From: Minutocellus sp. GHC0000111
Taxonomy: Eukaryota
Assembly (NCBI GenBank): GCA_977018835.1
Contig: OZ361256.1
Location: 1,922,001 to 1,986,000 of the forward strand
Reading direction: 5' to 3'
Length of the DNA stretch: 64,000 bases
Shown here one piece after another: positions 25,462 to 36,708 of this stretch (positions are counted from its first letter, which is position 1; each line of letters opens with the position of its first letter). Below the pieces are notes generated by a model. The model had not been told where the DNA came from and did no database searches. It was given only the letters and a program-made list of their open reading frames with translations. Both the position numbers and the translations under genes were made by a program.

Positions 25462-26811
25462 TCAGCACGCACCGATGCTCTGCATGAGGGCCCGGTCGTG
25501 CTGCAGCGCCACGGCCTCCATGCTGCGGTATTCCTCGACCATTTCGGCAATTTCGGCCGCCGCCTCCCTCCCGTCCCGCTCGATCTCGGCCTCGAGGGCC
25601 CGCACCTCGGCCTCGCTGGCCTCGACGCGGGCCATGCCGTCCCGCCGGCCCTTCTCCACCAGCAGCAGCTCCTGCTGAGCTCTGTCGAGCTCTTCCTGGG
25701 CGGGATCGAGCTTGGTCCGGCCCTGCTTCCTCGTATGATCGATGGACTCCTCCACACGGGCAATCTGTTTGGTGCAGTCCTGGATCTGATCCTCCAGGTC
25801 GGCCGTCTGCGCCGTCAAAGCATCCATCGCCGACGCCTTGTCCTTGATCTCCGTCGCCAGGCCCTCGTATTTGGTCTTTTCGGATTCAATATCCGTCAAA
25901 ACGCCTGCGGCTTCGACCACCACGGTATGCGCCCGTGCCACGTTGGCAATCTTGCGCTGGAGGGACTGCACCTCTTTCTCGGCCTGGGCCATGTCGGCCT
26001 TCTCCTGTTCGAGGCTTTCCATCATCTGGTTCATCTCGGACTTGACCCGGGCGGGACTGCTCACGACCCTGGACGACAGCTGTCGTTCCTCCACCTGGGC
26101 CTCCTCCAGTTCGATCGCCACCGTGGCCAGCGCATCCTTGAGCTCGTTGGCCTTCTTCTTGAGGTTGGTCGACTCCTGCCGGATGGTCGACTGGACCTTG
26201 TTCTGCTGGGCGATCTCGGTCTCGATCTCGGCGCAGTCGGCCTCGACCTCGGCGATCTCCTGCTGACATTCGTCGGTGGCGGCACGGGCATCGTCGAGAT
26301 CGTGGAGGAGGTTGGCATGGTCCGTCTGGGCCGATTGCAGTTCGGCCAATATCTCCTGCCGTTGCTGCGTCAGCTCTTCGTAGATGGGCATCCGCTCCTC
26401 CCGGAAGCGGGCAAAGTTGATGGCACCCGACAACTGGCGACGGAATCGCTTGGAGGTCGGGGCATTGAGGTCCTTCCAACCAAAGTCGTGCAGGCCGCAG
26501 ATCTTCATGAACTTCATGCACTTTTTGAGAAACTTGAGCTCCGAGATGGATTCGACGTGCAATTCCGGGTGGGGCAGGGATGCCTTCTTGGCCAGGACGG
26601 TGGCCGACGGGTTGCGCAGCTCGTCCTCGGTCACTCCCAATCCGAATTCGATGAGCATCAGAAACACCTCCCGGACTCGATCCTTGTGACGGTTGGGCTC
26701 GGCCAGCTCGTCGGCCGTCAGGGGCACGCCGAGCTCCGACATGCAGTTGATGATGTCGGCATTCTTGAGGAGGGGGAAGGCGAAGGACTGCTGCTGGGCA
26801 GTTAGGTCCAT
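25462..26811 (-). CDS. NUF2: kinetochore protein Nuf2
   Basis: FAFPLL..DI..C..ELG start, DFGWKDLNAP and RQLSGAINFARFREE motifs, long coiled coil. Confidence 0.92.
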   Translation of the reverse strand: MDLTAQQQSFAFPLLKNADIINCMSELGVPLTADELAEPNRHKDRVREVFLMLIEFGLGVTEDELRNPSATVLAKKASLPHPELHVESISELKFLKKCMKFMKICGLHDFGWKDLNAPTSKRFRRQLSGAINFARFREERMPIYEELTQQRQEILAELQSAQTDHANLLHDLDDARAATDECQQEIAEVEADCAEIETEIAQQNKVQSTIRQESTNLKKKANELKDALATVAIELEEAQVEERQLSSRVVSSPARVKSEMNQMMESLEQEKADMAQAEKEVQSLQRKIANVARAHTVVVEAAGVLTDIESEKTKYEGLATEIKDKASAMDALTAQTADLEDQIQDCTKQIARVEESIDHTRKQGRTKLDPAQEELDRAQQELLLVEKGRRDGMARVEASEAEVRALEAEIERDGREAAAEIAEMVEEYRSMEAVALQHDRALMQSIGAC

Positions 26812-27276
26812 GGTTGCTGGCGTGTTACAGTAGAGCAGGTTTGCAAGCAAGGCAAGAGCTGCCTCTGCTGGTATGGGATAATGCGGAAACTACCTGAAAG
26901 CAGCAGGTTGCAATGGCAGCAGCGTGTGCGGAACTGCCGGTAAACGCCGCTGGATACTCTCGATTGCCGGCGAAAATTGGTCGAAGCAAAAACGGAACAG
27001 AATGCAAACGGTTTTTGCAAGTGCGTCGCGTAAAAACAAAAATGCTTTTGAAAAACCGCGTCACGCACGCCGTTTCCTGATGAATTTTGATAAACTAGAA
27101 AACTCAGAGGGAAACTTTCCGAAAGGACAACAAAAAGACGATGAGGGAGGCTTGTGCCGATTTTTTCATTCTTGCCATACGAGCTCGTACGGAAGGCGCA
27201 CCCCCTGTGGTCGTATCATCAGCCATCAACCAGCAGCAGCTCCAGCTGCTGTGCATATTTTAGTTAGCAACCGACC

Positions 27277-29736
27277 ATGGAGCCTTCATCGACCTCGTCT
27301 TGCCTCTGCGATCGACGGCGGCGGTGCGCTTCCCCTTCTGCCACCGCATGCTGCACACCAGCATCTCCTTCTTCTTGTGACGGCTGTTCCTCGTCCATCA
27401 CAACAAGGCGGTCCCGGATCAGAGCTAGGAGCGTACGAAACCGAAAGTTGACGACGGCGGCGGCGGCGGCGGCGTCGCGTTGCACCGCCGTGGCTTGCCT
27501 CGTCGTGGGCGGGTCGGCCGTGGTGGCGGCGGGACTGCGCTCTCCCCCTGCTTCGCATTCGGCCGGTGAGGAGGGAGTACCGGTACAACCACCCGCCGCC
27601 GCGTCGTTCCCCCTCGTCGTACGGACCCGCCACGCGTCGGTGACCGAGGCCGACGATGTGCTATTAAGTCTCAACCTCGACGTTATGGGACGAGGTCGGC
27701 ATTTGGATGGCCCCACCAGCAGTCACAGCGATATGGCTGCGGCGCACCCACAGCATACGTACACGTACGAGCGGGACGTCCTGCTCCACTCCCCGGGGGA
27801 TTGGTCCATATTGCATCAGGCGGTGGGAGATAGCTTTGAGATTGACCAGGATCATACGGAGCTTTTCCATTTTCGGAATAACGACAAGGAGCATGTCGTT
27901 CCCCATGCGGAAGAAGGATCAACAACAGAAGAAAGCGATCGTCATCTTGGCTCAACCATTGCCCTGCCCGACGTGTACGAGTCCATGCCGTACTTTCCCT
28001 GCTACCGGACCGTCCAGGGAACGTACGATTCCATGTACGATCTGCAAATGAAGCATCCCCATCTGGCCACGGTGGAAACCATTGGCACTTCCTTCAAGGG
28101 GGAACCCATCCTCATGCTCAAGGTTACCGGACCGGAATCGACGGCCTCTCCAATTGCCGACCGGGAGCCGGCCGTCTTCACCTCGGGCGTGCACGCGAGA
28201 GAGTATGCTCCCCCGGAAATTTCCACAAGATTTGCCGAATACCTCATTGACCAATACGGCACCGACGCCGACATCACCGCCATCCTCGATCACACCGTCC
28301 TCCACTTTGTCTTGCAGTCCAACCCCGATTCTCGTCGGATTGCCGAGCAGAATTATGCCCAATCGCAACCCCGTAAGAATCAGCGGAACGTCGACGGATG
28401 CTCCAGTAAGAACGAGTGGGGTACCGATCTCAATCGCAACTTTGACTTTCAGCACGGCAGCCCAGGAGCCTCCAACAGTCCCTGTCACATATTGTACCAT
28501 GGCAAGAACGGTGCGAGCGAGGGTGAAACGAAGGCGATTCAAAGCCTCAGCCGAAGGGTATTCCCGGAATGGCAAAGGAAGCTGGATGCCGAGACCAAGG
28601 CCTTTGAGGCTGCGCCCGATACGGCCAGGGGGCTGTATGTAGACATTCACTCGTACGGTCGCGACATCATCTTCCCCTACGGATATCAGGACAGGGAGGT
28701 TGGCAACATCGATGCCTTCAAGTCCATGAGCCACAAGATCTGTTCCATCAACGGATACGACCCCTCTGGTAGCGGCTACTACTTCCTCGGCCGAACCAGT
28801 GGCGATACTCTAGACTACCACTACGGCGCCCTCGGTGTGGCCTCGATATTGTACGAGGTTGGAAATTCCTGGGCTGAATCCTGCAGTGCGTTCGAGAGCT
28901 TCGTCTTCCCCTCCAACCTCGAAGCTCTTCTGTACACTACCAAGCTAGCCATGACACCTTACCGAACGTCGCTTGGACCGGACGTCATGTCCATGGATGT
29001 GGCTGTATCGGCCGATGGCAATCAAATCACAGTCAGTGCCGAAGTGAGCGACTATGCCATGACGGAACTCCCCCAGAAGACACGGCTTTCAACGGCCGTG
29101 CAGACCATCCAAAGTGTCAAGGCATATCTGGACTCTCATCCCTACGTTGCGTCGCCTTCTCAACCACTGTTGATGACGCCCGACGGCGGCGGATCATTCA
29201 AATCTCACACCGAATCTGTATCGCTGAGCATTGACTCCTCATCCATTGATGGTAGACACACCATTTGTCTGGTGGCTTCTGATACAGATGGTTACGACGG
29301 TACGGTGAGCTGCAAATATGTTGATATTCCCGTGAAAGCGGATGCGGCGCCGACTCCTACTCAAGAACAAGAACAAAGCAATGAAACCATCAACGAAAAG
29401 CAGATATCGACAAATAGCAACAATACCACCACCGCCATTGAAATCGAAACTGACGATAACACGCCGACCAATGTGACAGACACGCCGACCAATGTGACAG
29501 ACACGGCAGCGGCCGCTACGAACCAGACAATGACAATCCCAATGGCACCTCATGAAAATGACATGTGTCCCGACATATCGAACGAGGAGGCTTGCACAAA
29601 GGCGGGTATCTGCCGATGGAGAGGAAATAAGAACAAATGTGTGGGGATTTGCCAGGGTAGGAATAGCGAGCAGCAATGCCTCAAGAATTCCATGTGTCAG
29701 TGGGATGCAAACTTGCCCAAGTGCTCACGAAAGTAG
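27277..29736 (+). CDS. zinc carboxypeptidase, family M14 (carboxypeptidase T-like)
   Basis: GVHAREY (HxxE), GTDLNRNF, SEGET and DIHSYG motifs; Cys-rich C-terminal repeats; start codon uncertain. Confidence 0.9.
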   Translation: MEPSSTSSCLCDRRRRCASPSATACCTPASPSSCDGCSSSITTRRSRIRARSVRNRKLTTAAAAAASRCTAVACLVVGGSAVVAAGLRSPPASHSAGEEGVPVQPPAAASFPLVVRTRHASVTEADDVLLSLNLDVMGRGRHLDGPTSSHSDMAAAHPQHTYTYERDVLLHSPGDWSILHQAVGDSFEIDQDHTELFHFRNNDKEHVVPHAEEGSTTEESDRHLGSTIALPDVYESMPYFPCYRTVQGTYDSMYDLQMKHPHLATVETIGTSFKGEPILMLKVTGPESTASPIADREPAVFTSGVHAREYAPPEISTRFAEYLIDQYGTDADITAILDHTVLHFVLQSNPDSRRIAEQNYAQSQPRKNQRNVDGCSSKNEWGTDLNRNFDFQHGSPGASNSPCHILYHGKNGASEGETKAIQSLSRRVFPEWQRKLDAETKAFEAAPDTARGLYVDIHSYGRDIIFPYGYQDREVGNIDAFKSMSHKICSINGYDPSGSGYYFLGRTSGDTLDYHYGALGVASILYEVGNSWAESCSAFESFVFPSNLEALLYTTKLAMTPYRTSLGPDVMSMDVAVSADGNQITVSAEVSDYAMTELPQKTRLSTAVQTIQSVKAYLDSHPYVASPSQPLLMTPDGGGSFKSHTESVSLSIDSSSIDGRHTICLVASDTDGYDGTVSCKYVDIPVKADAAPTPTQEQEQSNETINEKQISTNSNNTTTAIEIETDDNTPTNVTDTPTNVTDTAAAATNQTMTIPMAPHENDMCPDISNEEACTKAGICRWRGNKNKCVGICQGRNSEQQCLKNSMCQWDANLPKCSRK

Positions 29737-29810
29737 AACAGATGCCAATCTATCTAGCTAGAACTTACATAAGAACAATTCATACGCTATTCATTACTTT
29801 AGAACCAAGA

Positions 29811-30767
29811 CTACGGCAACAAGGTCTTGACCTCCTTGACGAACGAAGTCTTGGTCTTGTCGGAGGTAGCCAAAGGAGTGAGCTCCTTCAATCCAGCAAG
29901 GACAGGAGCCCTCTTGAAGACCAATCGCTCCTGCACACTCTTGGGGAAGAGGGGCTTGAGCAGACCGACAAAGGCCTGGAGGACAAAGGGCAGATTCAGA
30001 ATCATGGTGGGTCCAGCAAGACTGGGGTACAGGTCTTCGTACTGATCCGAGGAGGAGGTCAAGGCCTTGGAAAATCTCCTATCGGGTGCCTTGCGAACGC
30101 CGCTAATGTCGTTGGCAAAGATGACCGAACACATGCGACCAGTCTGCTCCGATCGGGCATTGGCCACAATGTTGTGGACCTCCTTGGCATAGAGGAAGAA
30201 ATCGCACACCTGCTCCACCGTAGCCTCGTCCATGAGCTTCTTATCATCAATGGCACTGGCACGGATCACGTATACCAAATCCCCATCATCAGTGCTAAGA
30301 GTAATCACGCTCTTTGGTCCAATGTACTTGTTAATGATGGCGGCATGCGGGGCAGCATCACGAACGGCCTCGTTGTCCCAACCTCCGTCGGCCGTGGCCT
30401 TGGCCACAGCATCGGCGGCAGCGTCAACAATGTGCTTTCCCTTACCCTGACGCCACGACAGGGCCGACTTGAGCGCACGTTCGGCGTCCTTGGCATCCGG
30501 AAACTGGAGAGCGAAACGCAGAAGGGCCACCTCGGACATCTTGACGCCATCGGGAAGGGCCTTTTCCAAAGCCTCAACGACATACCGATTGTTCACCAAA
30601 ACTCCCTCCTTCTTGGCCCCGAGCTTGTAACCCGAGGCGGCCTGGAGACGGGAGGTCTGGCGACCGCCGGCGGACCGACCGCCAATGAAAGCCTCGGCAC
30701 CAGGTGTGCGGGTGGCCAGGGCGACGATGCCGGCCACGACGAGGGAAGCGAGGTTGAAGGAACGCAT
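29811..30767 (-). CDS. plastid-targeted CRAL-TRIO (Sec14-like) lipid-binding protein
   Basis: Signal peptide AEA-F; LLRFAL..A..ALKSALSWR and LYPSLAGPTMILNLPF motifs. Confidence 0.8.
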   Translation of the reverse strand: MRSFNLASLVVAGIVALATRTPGAEAFIGGRSAGGRQTSRLQAASGYKLGAKKEGVLVNNRYVVEALEKALPDGVKMSEVALLRFALQFPDAKDAERALKSALSWRQGKGKHIVDAAADAVAKATADGGWDNEAVRDAAPHAAIINKYIGPKSVITLSTDDGDLVYVIRASAIDDKKLMDEATVEQVCDFFLYAKEVHNIVANARSEQTGRMCSVIFANDISGVRKAPDRRFSKALTSSSDQYEDLYPSLAGPTMILNLPFVLQAFVGLLKPLFPKSVQERLVFKRAPVLAGLKELTPLATSDKTKTSFVKEVKTLLP

Positions 30768-31083
30768 GGTTGAGGGTTAGGTGTTACCGCAACTCGCCAA
30801 GAAAATGAAGCACAAAGAGGCAAGGAGGGCGCAAGGAGGCTGAACACTGAACACGTCAGCTTGCACGCCATACGTACGTACGATTTCCGTACCGAAGCAA
30901 GCGCATAATGACGGCAAGGAAACTCACTTGCCGCCCGGGGGGCCGCCCATCTCTCCGTGCGCCCATGCCCAAAAAGCCCGCGGCGTCAGCGCAAAGAATG
31001 CAACGAGAACCGACATCAAGAATCTTTTTGAATCTCTCTGCATGCAATGACACCTGCAGCATTGTCCACCAAATAGAAGCGAA

Positions 31084-31608
31084 ATGAGCCCGCAAAAGAA
31101 CGAGAGAAACCAGTCGGAAAGGGATGCCACCGACACCAACAAAACGCGCGTCAAGCGCAGCGTTAGCTATGGCTCGGTAAAGATTCGCGAATACGAACGC
31201 GTCGTCGGCGACAATCCAGGCGTTTCGTCCGGCGTTCCCATTGGAATCGGTTGGAACTACCACGTGGTGGAGGAGACTGATCTCGATGATGTCCAACTTC
31301 AGCAGAAGGACTCTTCGCCGGCCGTGCCTCTGACCAGCGAGGAGAGGGAAACTGTGCTCAAACGCTGGAACTATTCTAGCGGCGAGATTGACGAATCTCG
31401 GCACGAAGTATCACGGATCCAATCCCAGCGAGACAAGAGCAATGCATCCTTGATGCGTTATCACAGATTCAAGCAACGGGCCCTGGATCTTGGCGATTCA
31501 TTCAAAACGACCATCCAAAGACTCAATCCACTCCAAGCAAGGAACCCAAAAGTTGCTGCAGCCACAACCTTTGAAGTTGACACTGCGAAGTACAAGTCGA
31601 GGGTGTAG
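31084..31608 (+). CDS. diatom-type hypothetical protein of the V.F..V.IREY..GDNP.VS.G family
   Basis: VSYGSVKIREYERVVGDNPGVSSGVPIGIGW motif. Confidence 0.7.
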   Translation: MSPQKNERNQSERDATDTNKTRVKRSVSYGSVKIREYERVVGDNPGVSSGVPIGIGWNYHVVEETDLDDVQLQQKDSSPAVPLTSEERETVLKRWNYSSGEIDESRHEVSRIQSQRDKSNASLMRYHRFKQRALDLGDSFKTTIQRLNPLQARNPKVAAATTFEVDTAKYKSRV

Positions 31609-31909
31609 AGGCTGCAGCGTGACGAGGTTTTCATTTACTTCGGCCAACTACAAAGCAAATTTTGATCCGTTTGATTCGAGCGATATTTTTGTTGTGTATA
31701 ACAGTAAGAGAAGGGAACTAGCGATGCGATAGCAATGATGGCAAATGCAGGGCACAATCGAGTCGATCCCAATCACATCGCATCGCATCAGCAAACAGTG
31801 CCGGTAACATTAGCGCACAGCTTGCCATGGAACTTAACTTTCCCCTATCATCGATCGGCACCGCAGCCTGGAGAAAGAACACTGCCCCACGTGCAACATA
31901 AGGACGTGG

Positions 31910-34153
31910 ATGATCACCAGGGATCCCATCACCGGCACAGTGAAGAGTGATGCCCTCACAATTCCCTTTGAAGTCTACCGCGGTAGGTGCCTACTATGCC
32001 ACCCGCTTCCGCCAAGTTCCTTCGCACCAACCACGGCAAACGACAGTGTTCCAGTTGCCGAAGTGCAGGCGCCACCAGTAAATACGCAAGCCGCGGCGGC
32101 GGCAGGGTTGGCCCAGCAAGACGGTGCCACCTCAGATGGAGAAATGGAAGGGTACATCGTGGATGCTCGGCCAGAAACAGAAGAAGATCAAGACAAGCTT
32201 GCTGTTGTCGGCGAGGTTGTAATTGGAGGCAACGATGACGCCACGACAGGTCCCTACCAATTGCAATCGATCGGCGGTGGCAATGATGATGATAAGAGAA
32301 AGACCGATAAGGTGGATGAACTCAGCTCCAGGCATCAGCATTTGCGGGAAGACGTGTCGGGACCATCTCGGCCATCGTTCTCATCGGCGATTGAGGCAGA
32401 AGGGAGTGAGGAGGAAGATGGCGATTCTAACATTGCAAATTCTGGAAAGCGGGAAAGAGGTGGACCGAATGCCAATGGAGCAGGACGTGGTGTGAATATT
32501 GGAAGTGATGGAGACGACGATGGCAATGATGGCGACTACGACAGCGATGCAACTGATTATCGCAAGCCAGCAGCTTATTCGCTACCCAAGTCCAGCAATC
32601 CAGGTAGCGAGAACCATTCAGAGCCGACCGAAGAGTATACTGAAGCTGGCACCACGGTAGGAGCTTGCAAGGAGAAGCGAAAGAGAAAGAAACGCGACGG
32701 TGGTCCCTTTGTGACAGACGGAAACAACGACAGGGTCAGGAAACGTCGTAGATCGAAGGGTCAGAATCAAGCTTCGTCTCAGTCAAAAGCTTCAAAGACT
32801 GCCAAGTCCCAACAAAAGAGTGGCGAAGCGGCTGCTCCCAGTTCCAAAGAACGGAAGCTAAAAGCCGCCGTTGTCGAGCTCTCGAAGGAAAAGAAACGAA
32901 AGACGGCTGCTGTTCGGAGTCTGAAAATTTTGCTAAGACAATGCAAATCCGCCGGATCACTGGAGAAAGAAGCCGATGTCGCAAACCAAATTGTCGCGCT
33001 TGGAGGAGTAGAACCAATCCTGGAAAATATGAAAGTCCTTTTTTGTTCCTCCGAGGTATTGGTGCTGGGTTGTGAGATATTACAGTATGTTTGTTACTTT
33101 GACAATGCAGCCGTGGAACGGCATAACGTTCATCGTAGCATCCGCGTCGCATTGGGTTATATGTCGAGCGATTGTCGTGTTGTTCAGTCATCAATTGCCG
33201 CCTTGCAGACTTGTGTCGGGGTAACCAAAGATATTGATCGAGAAATCATTTCGGGGGGCTGCCTCGACCAGGTCGTGAAATCAATGGAAGAGCACGCCAA
33301 CGTACCAGAGATTCAACTCAACGCATGCCTATTTCTGCAAGATCTCACCGCCGAAGCTGATCCAGCAAGCAATACAAATGTGCTGCGGTCTGGTGCCCTT
33401 GACAGTGTGATTCGAGCCATCAAGCATACCAAGAAGTCGGATATCATCCTCGCTGGACTCGCCGCTATTGGAAACATGCCTCAAGAAGAACTGGTCGACT
33501 CTGACGCCAGCCTCCAAACCTTTGAGTCACTCAAAAGCTTCCTTCATTCATCTATGGACCCAATCAAAGGAGACCCGGTCGTCGTCGCGCAATGCTGCGG
33601 TCTTCTCAATAATCTATCGGTCGAGACCTCAAGGATCAATTTGGCCGTTGTGGAGGCGGGCTTTATCAAAAAGACCACGGATGTTCTCGAGGCCTTTGAT
33701 AATGACGAAGGTGTCCAGTCCAGTGGTTGTATGCTCTTGAGGGCTCTTGCCCACGGAAGCACAAGTGGCCGGAGCGACAAAATTGTTCGCGACGGAGGGC
33801 TGGAACGTATTTCGTACTGTCTCAGCGCATTCATCGACAATTCCGCTGTTTTGGTGGCCGCTCTAGGAGCTCTGAGGAACATTGACCATCCGGAAGATCA
33901 CAATTGCAGCATTCTAGACACCGTCGACAAGATCTTTAGGGCCATGGAGAATCATCCGAAGGAACAAGAAATTCAAGAGGATTGTTGTGAGCTGCTGTGG
34001 CAATATATGGCTTTCTCGAGTGTGTTGGCAAAGATTGAGGAAGAGAAAGCTCTTCTCAACGACGCCGCAGACAACTTCCCTGAATCTTGTGGCCCCATCG
34101 TTGCCATTATACTGCCAATGCTTTATTCCAAAGACAATAGCTTTTCCGTTTAG
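31910..34153 (+). CDS. armadillo-repeat protein with N-terminal Cys motif
   Basis: Repeated GG/AG..I..M..H..VQ..C..L..L ARM units; CPTC..GRCLLCHP motif; true start may be ATG 31827 with a 1-bp loss near 31875. Confidence 0.78.
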   Translation: MITRDPITGTVKSDALTIPFEVYRGRCLLCHPLPPSSFAPTTANDSVPVAEVQAPPVNTQAAAAAGLAQQDGATSDGEMEGYIVDARPETEEDQDKLAVVGEVVIGGNDDATTGPYQLQSIGGGNDDDKRKTDKVDELSSRHQHLREDVSGPSRPSFSSAIEAEGSEEEDGDSNIANSGKRERGGPNANGAGRGVNIGSDGDDDGNDGDYDSDATDYRKPAAYSLPKSSNPGSENHSEPTEEYTEAGTTVGACKEKRKRKKRDGGPFVTDGNNDRVRKRRRSKGQNQASSQSKASKTAKSQQKSGEAAAPSSKERKLKAAVVELSKEKKRKTAAVRSLKILLRQCKSAGSLEKEADVANQIVALGGVEPILENMKVLFCSSEVLVLGCEILQYVCYFDNAAVERHNVHRSIRVALGYMSSDCRVVQSSIAALQTCVGVTKDIDREIISGGCLDQVVKSMEEHANVPEIQLNACLFLQDLTAEADPASNTNVLRSGALDSVIRAIKHTKKSDIILAGLAAIGNMPQEELVDSDASLQTFESLKSFLHSSMDPIKGDPVVVAQCCGLLNNLSVETSRINLAVVEAGFIKKTTDVLEAFDNDEGVQSSGCMLLRALAHGSTSGRSDKIVRDGGLERISYCLSAFIDNSAVLVAALGALRNIDHPEDHNCSILDTVDKIFRAMENHPKEQEIQEDCCELLWQYMAFSSVLAKIEEEKALLNDAADNFPESCGPIVAIILPMLYSKDNSFSV

Positions 34154-34462
34154 TGAGGGCAGTTCGTCTAGCTCATAGCGTCTAGGCCAAAGTTCGATAG
34201 TTCTCTGAACTAGCTAGTAGTAACAGTAGAACGTGCTTTACATTTAGATAGATGTTATCACAATGATAAAGAAGAGAAGCAGCATTCCAAAGGGTTTGCC
34301 TGCCTGCATCTCGAATCAGCTCAGCACTTGATTTTGATCCGAGACTATAAGCGGGTATTCTGAAACGTGGCTCTACTGCCATCGCGGTACTGCCCTCTTC
34401 ACTTCATTTGTCTTCTTCCTTTTAAATCATTCTCCAACTGATTGCTAGATCAGATGACTTAC

Positions 34463-36223
34463 TTAAGGCGACGGTGCCAATCCCGCCCCGTTGCCAGATG
34501 TTGGCGCCGAGGAATGTGCCGAAGGTGACAACGACGCTGCCGCCGAAGTCGCCGCCGAGGTGATGCCGCTCACGGCATCAATGGTGGCACCCCCGCCAGT
34601 CAGCAATCCCTCGATCGGCATGGCCCCACCGGTCGTCACGCCGGGCGGACTCCGAAAGCTCATGGCCGCCCTCCGCGCCACCTCCTCGTTGGGGAAGATG
34701 CGCTTGCTGGGCAGACCGCTGTACGGGCTCTGGCGGATCCACACCTGGCTGACGTACTTGGTATCGACGGCCGGACAGGCGGCGTGCAGAGCATTCTTGT
34801 CCAACAGACCATCGACCGTGGCGGGGAAGAACACAATGGCCATGCCCTTTCGAGGACGGACGTCGAGGTTGAGGGCTGGGAAGTTGGTACTCCCCCCCTT
34901 CTCCACGTCGTTGAGGTATACCAAGACGGTGACGACGCGCTGTCCACCATTGGAAGCAAAGCGCTGTCCATCCTCGTTGCTCAGATCGAAGGCATCGAAG
35001 TGCTGCATGTACTGCTGGGAGGGGAAGTACCGTCCCACCTGGGGCAGCTCGCAGTGCTCCCGCGGCCGGCCGACGAGACGGCACACCTTTTCGAGATACA
35101 GAGGCAGGTCCTCGCGGGCCAGGTAGACCGTCGAGCTGGTGCGAGAGGCGCTGACCTCGCCGGCCCCGCTGCCCACCACGGGCGCGGGGGTGAAGGAATC
35201 CCCGGCCGCGGCAATCAGAAAGTCGCACTCGTCGGGCGTCAAGAAGTTGTCAATGGCGTACACGGGCGGTACGACCGATCCGGCACCGCCCACGACTCCC
35301 GTGTCGGGATCGGACAGCATCGTTGCGCCCGGGTAGTTGAGGTTGATGCCGTTGAAGGTCGGCGGTGGACAGGCCGGACCCAGCGTCGTCACCATGTCCT
35401 GGAGGGTTTGGAACGGCGTTCCCGTGGTGGGGTTGACGGGAAGGCCGTACAAAGGCAGGCCGGGGACGTTGGGCGGGGTGGGATTGGGCGGATGCTGGCT
35501 GGCAATCCACGTCGTCGGTTTGGATGGTGGTAGTGCCAATGGTGCTGCACCGCCCGCGGTTGTGGAGGGTGGCAGGGCAGGAGGAGCGGCAGGACCGTAA
35601 AAGGACGGCGGCACCGGGCTGATGCGAGTGCCAGTGCCAGTACCAGCAGTGGGGGAGCTGCCGTTACTCCCATCGCTGCCGCGCCGATCGGTCGTCATCA
35701 GCGCCGCTGCGTGCTGCTGCCCATGTCCATGTCCGGCCGCCAGGGCAGCATTGGCCGCCTGCTGCGCCTGGACGGCGGCCACCTGGGCCTGGTGGGCCAG
35801 CGCCGCGGCGTGCAGGGCCGCGGCGCCCGGGATGAGGTTGTGCGGGAGCGGCGGCGCTGCGACGCCACCACCATTATTGGCCTGGGCCGCGTACGCGTTC
35901 AGATACGCCTGCAAAGCCGCCTGCTGCTGCTGCGTCTGGGCCTGCTGGACGGCGAGCTGCACCTGGCTGACCTGGTAGGGCGACAGTCCGTGCGGTTGTT
36001 GAGCCTGCGCTTGAGCTGCCGCGTGCGCTTGAGCTGCCGCTTGAGCTTGGGCTTGGGCTTGGGCTGCTGCTTGCGCCTGCGCCTGTTGTGCGGCGGTACT
36101 GCCAGCTGGGGGGTTGGGCGGCACATTGTTGGAAGCCGCCGTCCCAGTGCCAGTTCCAGCACCTCCACCAGCAGCACCGCCAGCCACGGCGGCTGGGATC
36201 ACATGGAACGAACCCACTCGCAT
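34463..36223 (-). CDS. prolyl 4-hydroxylase-like 2OG-Fe(II) oxygenase with Q/A/P-rich N-terminus
   Basis: DNFLTPDEC, RTSST, HFD, GGQRVVTVLVYLNDV..GGSTNFP and LHAACP motifs. Confidence 0.9.
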   Translation of the reverse strand: MRVGSFHVIPAAVAGGAAGGGAGTGTGTAASNNVPPNPPAGSTAAQQAQAQAAAQAQAQAQAAAQAHAAAQAQAQQPHGLSPYQVSQVQLAVQQAQTQQQQAALQAYLNAYAAQANNGGGVAAPPLPHNLIPGAAALHAAALAHQAQVAAVQAQQAANAALAAGHGHGQQHAAALMTTDRRGSDGSNGSSPTAGTGTGTRISPVPPSFYGPAAPPALPPSTTAGGAAPLALPPSKPTTWIASQHPPNPTPPNVPGLPLYGLPVNPTTGTPFQTLQDMVTTLGPACPPPTFNGINLNYPGATMLSDPDTGVVGGAGSVVPPVYAIDNFLTPDECDFLIAAAGDSFTPAPVVGSGAGEVSASRTSSTVYLAREDLPLYLEKVCRLVGRPREHCELPQVGRYFPSQQYMQHFDAFDLSNEDGQRFASNGGQRVVTVLVYLNDVEKGGSTNFPALNLDVRPRKGMAIVFFPATVDGLLDKNALHAACPAVDTKYVSQVWIRQSPYSGLPSKRIFPNEEVARRAAMSFRSPPGVTTGGAMPIEGLLTGGGATIDAVSGITSAATSAAASLSPSAHSSAPTSGNGAGLAPSP

Positions 36224-36708
36224 ATTGCTATGCCTGTGGGTTGCGGCACGTATTGGGGATGCTTCCTCTATGCTGTCTTGCTTTGCTTTCGAGCTTGCGT
36301 TTGTGCTGGGTCCCTCCTGCGTGAAAGGTTATCCGGACACAGGTCGAGTCAAGTCAAATCAAATCAAGTCGAGTCAAATCAGATCAGATCAGCACGCGAC
36401 TGCTGACTCACACTCCTTGGGATAATTCCAAGATACACAGGCGGTAGCTACTACGTAGCTATGCAGGTACGGCAACACGGCAACCCCGACCGTCAAGCAA
36501 CTGCAATGCGAGATTCGAAGAATGAACGAACGCGAACGGGTGGCCTCTGGTGGACGGACGGACGTGTCGCAGCTTCTGAAGGGCTCCTACAGGGAAAATG
36601 AGCATTTCATCGACTTTCGGACCAGCGCAATCTCGAAAATCGGAAAGTCACCCAAAACCGTGCCGTTCCATCGCATCCATCCAATCGCTCCATCAGCAGG
36701 GAAGAACA

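Noticed and set aside
25384..26805. Long antisense ORFs (also 29676-30773, 37912-38745, 62931-63719)
   Set aside because: Shadows of GC3-biased real genes on the opposite strand
25462..26811. Low TpA in NUF2 as further hypermutation
   Set aside because: Explained by high GC3 codon bias; Tyr codons and the reading frame are intact. It does show that the TE comparison needs GC-matched controls.
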